From the NCBI GenBank assembly GCA_963826115.1, contig CAWGVS010000010.1:192001-256000 (forward strand): DNA of 64,000 bases, given 5' to 3'. Positions 27,644 through 35,011 of the stretch are shown piece after piece. The DNA comes from an uncultured Candidatus Rokubacteria bacterium (lineage in GTDB: Bacteria > Methylomirabilota > Methylomirabilia > Rokubacteriales > DASRDR01). Each line of letters opens with the position of its first letter. Position 1 is the stretch's first letter. The notes beneath the pieces are model-generated. The model saw nothing but the letters and a program-made list of their open reading frames with translations, had not been told where the DNA came from and ran no database searches. Position numbers and translations under genes: made by a program.

Positions 27644-28573
27644 ATGCGCATCGGCGTCACCGTCCCCACGCCGGGGGACAACCCGGACCTCGCCACGCTC
27701 CTCGCGGCCGTCGAGGAGGCCGAGACGCTCGGCCTCCATGCGGCCTGGATGCCGAACATCTCGTCCCGAGGCTTCGACGCCCCGATGGCGCTCGCCCTGG
27801 CGGGCGCGCGCACGCGCCGCATCGAGCTGGGGACCTTCGTCGTGCCCACGTTCACGCGCCACCCCGTCGTGATGGCGCAGCAGGCCCTGACCGCCCAGGC
27901 GGCCGCCGGCGGGCGGTTCACCCTCGGGATCGGGCTGAGCCACCGGGTCGGGATGGAGGGCCAGCTCGGCTTCGACTTCTCGCGTCCGGTCCGCCACATG
28001 CGGGAGTACCTCACGTGCCTCGCGGCGCTCCTGTCGGGCGAGACCGTCGACTTCACGGGGGAGGAGTTCCGGGTCCGCAACTTCGCGCTGGCGCGGCCGC
28101 CCGGGGTCGCGCCGCCGCCGATCGTCGTCGCGGCGCTCGGGCCCCAGATGCTGCGCCTGGCGGGGCGCCTGTCCGCCGGCACCGCGATCTGGGTCGGCGG
28201 GCCCCGCTACGTCGAGGAGGCGGCCAAGGCGATCGGCGCCGCAGCCGGCGAGGCCGGCCGCCCCGCGCCGCGCGTCATCGCGAGCGTCCCGGTCTGCGTG
28301 ACCGATCGCGCGCCGGCCGTCCGCAAGGCCGCGGCGGAGTCCTTCGTGCGCTACGGTCAGCTGCCGTCCTACCGCGCGATTCTCGACCGGGAGGGCGTCG
28401 GCGGCGCCGAGGAGGTCGCGCTGATCGGCGACGAGGGGGCGGTGCGCGCCGGGATCGCGGCCTTCGCTGCCGCGGGAACGACCGACTTCGCGGCGGCCGT
28501 CTACGCGCCCGCCGGCGAGGACAGCCGCCGCACCTGGGCGCTGCTCGCCGCGGCGGCGCGAGACCACCGGTAG
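27644..28573 (+). CDS. LLM-class oxidoreductase, probably F420-dependent
   Basis: TRRIELGTFVVPTFTRHP, GRFTLGIGLSH, VAALGPQMLRLAG, YGQLPSYRAILDREG. Confidence 0.85.
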   Translation: MRIGVTVPTPGDNPDLATLLAAVEEAETLGLHAAWMPNISSRGFDAPMALALAGARTRRIELGTFVVPTFTRHPVVMAQQALTAQAAAGGRFTLGIGLSHRVGMEGQLGFDFSRPVRHMREYLTCLAALLSGETVDFTGEEFRVRNFALARPPGVAPPPIVVAALGPQMLRLAGRLSAGTAIWVGGPRYVEEAAKAIGAAAGEAGRPAPRVIASVPVCVTDRAPAVRKAAAESFVRYGQLPSYRAILDREGVGGAEEVALIGDEGAVRAGIAAFAAAGTTDFAAAVYAPAGEDSRRTWALLAAAARDHR

Positions 28574-28995
28574 TGGAGCCGCGCCTCAGCCTGATCACGC
28601 TCGGCGTGGCCGACGTCGCCCGGAGCCGCCGGTTCTACGAGGCGCTCGGCTGGCGGGCCTCCGGCGCGAGCCAGGCGGCCGTGACCTTCTTCCAGCTCGG
28701 CGGGATGGCGCTCTCGCTGTGGGGGCGGGCGGACCTGGCGAGGGACGCCGGGGTGGCGGATTCGCCGGGCTTCGGCGGCGTCGCCCTCGCTCACAACGCG
28801 CGCACGCGCGAGCTGGTCGACACCATCCTCGCGGAGGCGGCCGCGGCGGGAGGCCGCATCGTGAAGCCGGGGATCCCGACGTTCTGGGGCGGCTACGCGG
28901 GCTACTTCACGGATCCGGACGGCCATCTGTGGGAGGTCGCCTGGAACCCGCACTTCCAGCTGCTCGCGGACGGGAGCCTCCGGCTGCCGGTCTGA
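28573..28995 (+). CDS. VOC/glyoxalase family protein
   Basis: EPRLSLITLGVADVARSRRFYE, VALAHN, FWGGYAGYFTDPDGHLWEVAWNP. Confidence 0.92.
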   Translation: MEPRLSLITLGVADVARSRRFYEALGWRASGASQAAVTFFQLGGMALSLWGRADLARDAGVADSPGFGGVALAHNARTRELVDTILAEAAAAGGRIVKPGIPTFWGGYAGYFTDPDGHLWEVAWNPHFQLLADGSLRLPV

Positions 28996-29024
28996 GCCGG
29001 GCGCCCGGCGAGCGAGGAGGACGC

Positions 29025-29708
29025 ATGCCCTGGAGCGGATATCCCGAGACGACGGTCACGCAGCTCACGTACACGGAGTGGGTGTTCTCGCTCCGGGCGC
29101 ATCGGGAGGTGCTGATCGGCTACTCGATACGCGTCGCCGACGGCTGGGAGCTCTTCGGCAACGGGCACTGGGTGTGGTTCACGGGGGCGGTGGCGAGCTT
29201 CCGGGGGGTGGTCCAGATCGTCTCGCAGTGGGCCGAGGTCGAGAACCTCGGTCCGCGCGACCGGGTCTGGCAGTGGGTGCACTGGAAGAATCCGACGAAC
29301 GACGACGTCGTGGTGAAGCCATACCTCCTTCTGGCGCCGCCCGTCGAGGAGGGGTGGCTTCGGCAATCGCGGCCGACCACCGCGCGGAGATCACTCTGGA
29401 CGCTCGTCGACGTGACCACGGCCGGGATTGCCGCCGCCGGCACCGTGGTCCCGGGCCCGGGTGGCGATTCTGACGGAGGCGGTGGCGGTCGGGGTGGCCG
29501 CGGCGACCGGGATGGCCTCGCGCTCACCGTCGCGCCCCGTCCGCTCGGCGGTCAGAGGCTGCGCGCCGTGGAGCTCAAGGGCGATCTTCGCTATCTCCCG
29601 GTGGAGGAGCTCTGGGGACGGCTCCATCAGCTGACGGGTCCGCGCGCGAGGACTCCGGCGCGCCGCCGCTCCGCCACAGGTCGACGGCGCGCCGGACGCC
29701 GCCCATGA
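29025..29708 (+). CDS. Trp-rich hypothetical protein
   Basis: GAGGAGG RBS before ATG; GC3-biased codons; no family recognised. Confidence 0.6.
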   Translation: MPWSGYPETTVTQLTYTEWVFSLRAHREVLIGYSIRVADGWELFGNGHWVWFTGAVASFRGVVQIVSQWAEVENLGPRDRVWQWVHWKNPTNDDVVVKPYLLLAPPVEEGWLRQSRPTTARRSLWTLVDVTTAGIAAAGTVVPGPGGDSDGGGGGRGGRGDRDGLALTVAPRPLGGQRLRAVELKGDLRYLPVEELWGRLHQLTGPRARTPARRRSATGRRRAGRRP

Positions 29709-29855
29709 CGGGTCAGGGCCGCACGTGGGCTCCGTCTCATGGCTCGAGGGCATGGAGCGTGCTGCCTGTCCAGAATGCTCCAGGCCCTGGTGTGGCTGCG
29801 GGATTGACGCCGGGTCGGACCTCGGCGGATCGTTCTTGCCGGTTGGGGGCCGCGA

Positions 29856-30323
29856 ATGTTTGAGGGACAACATGATGCGAAGGGCGATCTGACGGACGGC
29901 TGGCAGCGGGCCGTCGAGCGGCTCGAGGCCGCGATGAACACGCTGATGTCCGGGGACTCGAGCGCGATCAAGGCGCTCTACTCCCACCGGGACGACGTGA
30001 CCGCCTTCTTCGGCTGGGGCGGCTACGAGAAGGGCTGGGCCGACGTGAGCCGCCGCTGGGACTGGGCCGCCGAGCAGTTCCGCGGAGGCGGGCCGGTGCG
30101 CTACCAGCACCTCACCGCGGTCGCGGCGCCGGGGCTCGCCGTCACGACGCACGTCGAGAGCACGCGCGTCCGGCTCGCCGGGACCCAGGAGCCCACCGAG
30201 TGGTCGAACCGCGTGACGCACGTCTTCCGCCTCGAGGACGGGGAGTGGCGGCTCGTCCACCGTCACGCGAACCGCCTCGAGCCGCGCTACGAGCCGGGCT
30301 CCCGGCTCGGCGCCGCCCGCTAG
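29856..30323 (+). CDS. SnoaL/NTF2-like (DUF4440-type) protein
   Basis: LYSHRDDVTAFFGWGGYEKGW, RVTHVFRLEDGEWRLVHRHA. Confidence 0.85.
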   Translation: MFEGQHDAKGDLTDGWQRAVERLEAAMNTLMSGDSSAIKALYSHRDDVTAFFGWGGYEKGWADVSRRWDWAAEQFRGGGPVRYQHLTAVAAPGLAVTTHVESTRVRLAGTQEPTEWSNRVTHVFRLEDGEWRLVHRHANRLEPRYEPGSRLGAAR

Positions 30324-31090
30324 CTCGCGTCGCGGTCGGCGATCACGAGCCGGTAGCCGAGGTCGACGCTCTCGCGCTCCCGGAGCGCGCCGTGGCGCGC
30401 CGTCCAGCGGCCCGACCGGAGGTCGTCGGCCAGCCGGGTGATCCCCCGCGCGACGATCGCGGCGTCGAGCAGGGCGAATGCGGAGATCCCCGCACGGACG
30501 CGCGCGTCGAGGTAGGCCTCCGGCCGGCGCCAGAACGCGCCGAGAAACCCGTCCCGGCAATCGTGGGGGATCGGGACCGGGACGGCGCTGACGGGGCCCA
30601 GGCTCCGTGCGAGCGTCGCCATCGGCGGGAACCGCGGGAGGTCGTGGGCGACGATCTGCGGGAAGTACTCCGTCGTGAGCCAGAACGCGTCGCGCGCGGC
30701 CGGATCCCAGGTGAGCACCACGACGCGCCGGCGCGCGACGCGGCGGAGCTCCCCGAGTCCCGTGGCCTGGCGGGTCCAGTGGTGGATGGTGAGGACGGCG
30801 AGGCTCGCGTCGACGCCCGCGTCACGAAGCGGGAGCGCCTCGGCGACGCCCTGGACGCACGGCGCGGCGCCCGCCGGGCGCTGGACGATCATGGCCCGCG
30901 ACGGCTCCACCGCAACGACGCGGAGGTCGCGCGGCTCGTAGGCGCCGGCCCCGGCGCCGACGTTCGCGACCGTGCGAGCGTCGCCGAGCGCTGCCCGGAT
31001 GGCCGCCGCGATGCGCGGGTCCGGCTGCCGCGTCGCGGCGTAGCCGACGCCGATCCGATCGTAGAGGGGTGACCCGGCCTTCCCGCTCAC
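30320..31090 (-). CDS. Class I SAM-dependent methyltransferase
   Basis: YDRIGVGYAATRQPDPRI, NVGAGAGAYEP, AEALP, LTIHHW; GTG start after GGAGG. Confidence 0.9.
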   Translation of the reverse strand: MSGKAGSPLYDRIGVGYAATRQPDPRIAAAIRAALGDARTVANVGAGAGAYEPRDLRVVAVEPSRAMIVQRPAGAAPCVQGVAEALPLRDAGVDASLAVLTIHHWTRQATGLGELRRVARRRVVVLTWDPAARDAFWLTTEYFPQIVAHDLPRFPPMATLARSLGPVSAVPVPIPHDCRDGFLGAFWRRPEAYLDARVRAGISAFALLDAAIVARGITRLADDLRSGRWTARHGALRERESVDLGYRLVIADRDAS

Positions 31091-31205
31091 GCTCCCTCCG
31101 CGCGCGCCCGGCCACGGGAGCAAGCGCGCTGGGCATTGTCCACCCGACCCGGACGGCCCGTCAAAGGCGCACCGCCGGGCGCGCCTGTGGCAGAGTGCAG
31201 GCGAC

Positions 31206-31712
31206 ATGATACGAGTCCTCGCGGCGGTTGTCGGGTTGTGCGCGACGGCGGCCCTCGCGCCTGGCGCGGCCGGGGCGGTGGGTCCGACCGACATCGTGCG
31301 CGTCGACGACTACATCGGGGCGCCGCGCGTCCTCTTCGGACGGAGCGGGGCCGAGGTGGAGCGGGCGCTCGGACGCGCGCTCGCGACCGAGCCGGGCGCG
31401 GTGGCGACCTACCGCGACCCCGCCGTGTTCCGCGCCACGCGGCGGCTCTCGTACCCGGGCCTCGTCGTCGACGTGCTGGACAGCGGGAAGGTCCGGCGCA
31501 TCCGGATCGCCGCGCCGGGGCGGGGACTCCCCTTCGGGCTCGACGTCGGGAGCTCGCGGGAGGACGTCGAGCGCGTGCTCGGGGAGCCGCAGGCGGCGGA
31601 CGACACCGAGCTGATGTACCTCTACTCGGACGGATTTCCGGAGACCGTGCACTTCCACCTGCGCGCCGGCCGGGTCCGCGCGATCGAGTGGAACTACGGC
31701 TCCGCCGAGTGA
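31206..31712 (+). CDS. Secreted hypothetical protein with two SmpA/BamE-like motifs
   Basis: Signal peptide; repeated G-x-S-x-x-[ED]-V-E-R-x-L-G (GRSGAEVERALG; GSSREDVERVLGEP). Confidence 0.65.
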   Translation: MIRVLAAVVGLCATAALAPGAAGAVGPTDIVRVDDYIGAPRVLFGRSGAEVERALGRALATEPGAVATYRDPAVFRATRRLSYPGLVVDVLDSGKVRRIRIAAPGRGLPFGLDVGSSREDVERVLGEPQAADDTELMYLYSDGFPETVHFHLRAGRVRAIEWNYGSAE

Positions 31713-31734
31713 CGGGACCCCCAAAGGAGGCGAG

Positions 31735-32916
31735 ATGGAGCGGCCGCGGGTGCGCGTGGGAGTGGTGGGGGCGGGGTTCGTGGCGCGGATCCACGCCGAG
31801 GCGTACCGGCACGTCCGGGGGGTCGACGTCGAGCTCCGCTGGGTGACGGCGCGGCGGCCCGAGCGGGCCCGGGCGTACGCCGAGGAGTTCGGCGTCGCGC
31901 GCGTCGCCGACGACGTCCGGCGGATCCTCGACGACCCGGAGGTCGACGTCGTGGACCTCTGTGTTCCGAACGCCGTCCACGCGTCTCTCGGGCTCGACGC
32001 CGCCCGGGCGGGCAAGCACGTCATCGTCGAGAAGCCGCTCACCGGGTTCTTCGGGCCGCCCGAGACGCCGCGGGCGGAGATGCTGCGCGCGGCGCTCGCC
32101 TCGGCCGACGCGCTGATCGGGGCCTGCCAGGCGGCCGGCGTGCGGCTCTGCTACGCGGAGAACTGGGTCTACGCGCCGCCGATCCAGAAGGCGCGCCGAC
32201 TCCTCGCGGCGGCGGGCGGGCCGATCCTCCGGATGGTGGGCGAGGAGAGCCACTCGGGCACGCACGCGCCCGCGAACAAGCGCTGGGTGACGGCGGGCGG
32301 GGGATCGCTCCTCGGGAAGGGCTGCCATCCGCTCGGCGGCATCCTCTACCTGAAGGCCGACGAGGGCGTCCGGCTCCGGGGGCGGCCGGTCCGGCCGGTG
32401 TCGGTGCTGGCCGAGGTCGCGCAGCTCGCCGACACGGAGACCTTCCGCGGCGCCGCGCCCCGCTACCTCAACGTCGTCGAGGGTGCCGACGTCGAGGACT
32501 GGGGCAGCATGCTCGTGCGCTTCGACGACGGCACCGTCGCCCAGGTCTCGGCCGCCGACGTCGTCCTGGGCGGCATCCGGAACCAGCTGGCGATCTACGC
32601 GGCCAAGGCCCTGATCTTCTGCAACATCAACCCGAACGACTCCGTCCAGGCCTACGCCCCCGATCCGGCGGTCTTCGGCGCCGAGTACATCACCGAGAAG
32701 ATCGAGACCAAGGCGGGCTGGACGTTCCCCCAGCCGGACGAGGACTGGATGACCGGCTATCCGGCGGAGATCCAGGACTTCATGGAGAGCGTGGCCTTCG
32801 GCCGCGAGCCCCTGTCGGGCGGCGCGCTCGCGCGGGACGTCGTCGCGGTCACCTACGCGGCGTACCTGTCGGCGGCGGAGGGGCGACGGGTGGCGCTCGG
32901 TCCTCACCTCCGCTGA
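31735..32916 (+). CDS. Gfo/Idh/MocA oxidoreductase
   Basis: VGVVGAGFVA, GKHVIVEKP, YAENWVY. Confidence 0.9.
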   Translation: MERPRVRVGVVGAGFVARIHAEAYRHVRGVDVELRWVTARRPERARAYAEEFGVARVADDVRRILDDPEVDVVDLCVPNAVHASLGLDAARAGKHVIVEKPLTGFFGPPETPRAEMLRAALASADALIGACQAAGVRLCYAENWVYAPPIQKARRLLAAAGGPILRMVGEESHSGTHAPANKRWVTAGGGSLLGKGCHPLGGILYLKADEGVRLRGRPVRPVSVLAEVAQLADTETFRGAAPRYLNVVEGADVEDWGSMLVRFDDGTVAQVSAADVVLGGIRNQLAIYAAKALIFCNINPNDSVQAYAPDPAVFGAEYITEKIETKAGWTFPQPDEDWMTGYPAEIQDFMESVAFGREPLSGGALARDVVAVTYAAYLSAAEGRRVALGPHLR

Positions 32917-32980
32917 GCGGAGGGCCGGGAGCCCCGCCGCGACCACGGGCAAGGGTCGCGCCCGCCGCCGCGTGGTGCGG

Positions 32981-33009
32981 TTGACCCGGGCGCGGGGACC
33001 GGCTAGGGT
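32981..33009 (+). promoter_or_regulatory. Putative sigma70-type promoter of aor
   Basis: TTGACC-N17-TAGGGT. Confidence 0.45.
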
Positions 33010-33054
33010 CGAGTGGGTCCCATCACACTCCGCCGCGCAGAGGAGACAGCAGGC

Positions 33055-34932
33055 ATGGCAGCGGTGACAGCGAAGATCCTCCACGTGGACCTCACCACCC
33101 GGACCACCCGCACCGAGGAGATACCCGAGCCGATCCTCAGGCGACACCTGGGCGGAGGTGGCCTCGCGGCGTACCTGCTCCTCCGCGACATGCCCGCCGG
33201 GGTCGACCCGCTCGGGCCCGACAACGTGCTGGTCTTCACGACCAGCATCATCAACGGGCTGTCGCTCTCGGGCACCAACCGCTACACCGCGGCGGCCAAG
33301 TCCCCGCTGACCGGCGGGTACGGCGAGTCGGAGGCGGGCGGCTGGTGGGCGCCGGAGCTGCGCGCGGCCGGCTACGACGGGATCGCGGTGCGGGGGCGCG
33401 CGGAGTCCCCGGTCTACCTCTGGATCAAGGACGGCCAGGTCGAGTTCCGCGACGCCTCGGCGTACTGGGGCAAGCTCTCCGGCGAGGTCCAGGAAGGGCT
33501 CGAGCAGGAGCTTGGCGACAAGCGGATCCGCGTGCTCCAGACCGGGATCTCCGGCGAGCGCGGCGTGCGCTACGCCGCCATCGTCAACCAGCTGAAGCAC
33601 TTCCACGGCCGGTGCGGGCTCGGCGCCGTCATGGGCGCGAAGAACCTGAAGGCCATCGCGGTCCGCGGCTCGAAGGTCAACGCGCCGGTGGACAAGGTCG
33701 GGGCCAAGTCCACGCTCACCTTCTTCAAGGACCACTACGACCGCGCCCGGGACCGGTTCCACCAGACGGGCACGGCCGGCGGCCTCCTGAACCTCGAGGC
33801 GAGCGGCATCCTGCCCACGCGGAACTTCCGCGACGGCTCCTTCGAGCACGCCAAGCAGATCAGCGGCCAGAAGATGGCGGAGACCATCCTCGTCAACCGC
33901 GGCACGTGCTACGCGTGCATGGTGGCCTGCAAGCGCGAGGTCGAGGTGAAGGAGCTCGGCGTGACGCCGCGGTTCGGCGGGCCCGAGTACGAGTCGCTGG
34001 CGGCCACGGGGTCGCTCTGCGGCGTGGGCGATCTCAACGCGCTCGCGAAGATCAACCAGCTGCTGGCGCAGTACGTGCTGGACTCGATCTCCACCGGCGT
34101 GGCCATCGCGTTCGCGATGGAGTGCTACGAGCACGGCATCATCACGAAGGCCGACACGGGCGGGGTCGAGCTCGTGTGGGGCAGCGCCGAGGCCGTCGAG
34201 CAGATGGTGCACCTGATCGGCCGGCGGGAAGGGATCGGCCGGCTTCTGGGCGAGGGCGTGAGGCGGGCGGCCGAGCACCTTGGCCGCGGCGCCGACCGAT
34301 TCGCCATGCACGTCAAGGGGCAGGAGCTCCCGATGCACGACCCGCGCGGGAAGAAGAGCCTGGCGCTCGCCTACGCGCTGTCGCCCACGGGGGCCGACCA
34401 CATGGAGGCCCCGCACGACCCGCTCTACGAGGGCTTCCACCCGGACGGCCCGCTCGGGGGGCTCGGTCTCATCGAGCCGGTGAAGATGCTCGACTTCGGA
34501 CCCCGCAAGGTGCGGGCGTACTACTACACGCAGCAGGTCTGGAGCTTCTACAACTCGGTGGGGATGTGCGACTTCGTCGCGACGCCGCTCAACGCGCTCG
34601 CCCTCGAGCGGTTCGTGGACTACATCAACGCGGTCACCGGCTGGAACATGAGCCTCTACGAGCTGATGAAGGTCGGCGAGCGGTCCAACACCCTCGCCCG
34701 CCTCTTCAACTGCCGCGAGGGCTTCACGCCGGCCGACGACGTTCTGCCGCAGCGGATGCACGAGGGGATCGGCAACGGGGCGCTGAAGGGCGAGCGGGTC
34801 GATCCCGAGCAGTTCCTGACGGCGCGCCGCCTCTACTACGAGATGGCGGGCTGGGACGGGGACACCGGCCGGCCGACGGCGGCGCGCCTCGCCGAGCTCG
34901 AGGTGGACACGTCGGTCTTCCAGACCGCCTGA
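33055..34932 (+). CDS. aor: Aldehyde:ferredoxin oxidoreductase family (tungsten, 4Fe-4S)
   Basis: KSPLTGGYGES.AGG, GRCGLGAVMGAKNLKAI, CYACMVAC, GPEYE, LDSISTG, MHVKGQELPMHDPR, GMCDF. Confidence 0.93.
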   Translation: MAAVTAKILHVDLTTRTTRTEEIPEPILRRHLGGGGLAAYLLLRDMPAGVDPLGPDNVLVFTTSIINGLSLSGTNRYTAAAKSPLTGGYGESEAGGWWAPELRAAGYDGIAVRGRAESPVYLWIKDGQVEFRDASAYWGKLSGEVQEGLEQELGDKRIRVLQTGISGERGVRYAAIVNQLKHFHGRCGLGAVMGAKNLKAIAVRGSKVNAPVDKVGAKSTLTFFKDHYDRARDRFHQTGTAGGLLNLEASGILPTRNFRDGSFEHAKQISGQKMAETILVNRGTCYACMVACKREVEVKELGVTPRFGGPEYESLAATGSLCGVGDLNALAKINQLLAQYVLDSISTGVAIAFAMECYEHGIITKADTGGVELVWGSAEAVEQMVHLIGRREGIGRLLGEGVRRAAEHLGRGADRFAMHVKGQELPMHDPRGKKSLALAYALSPTGADHMEAPHDPLYEGFHPDGPLGGLGLIEPVKMLDFGPRKVRAYYYTQQVWSFYNSVGMCDFVATPLNALALERFVDYINAVTGWNMSLYELMKVGERSNTLARLFNCREGFTPADDVLPQRMHEGIGNGALKGERVDPEQFLTARRLYYEMAGWDGDTGRPTAARLAELEVDTSVFQTA

Positions 34933-34954
34933 GTCGGGCCCGCGACAGGACGCG

Positions 34955-34982
34955 AGGGGCCGCGGCGTTCGCTGCGGCCCCT
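34955..34982 (+). terminator. Hairpin downstream of aor
   Basis: AGGGGCCGCGGC / GCTGCGGCCCCT stem (one G-U) with 4-nt loop; weak U-tract. Confidence 0.5.
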
Positions 34983-35011
34983 TCGTCGTCTCGGCGGAGG
35001 GAAGGATCGGG

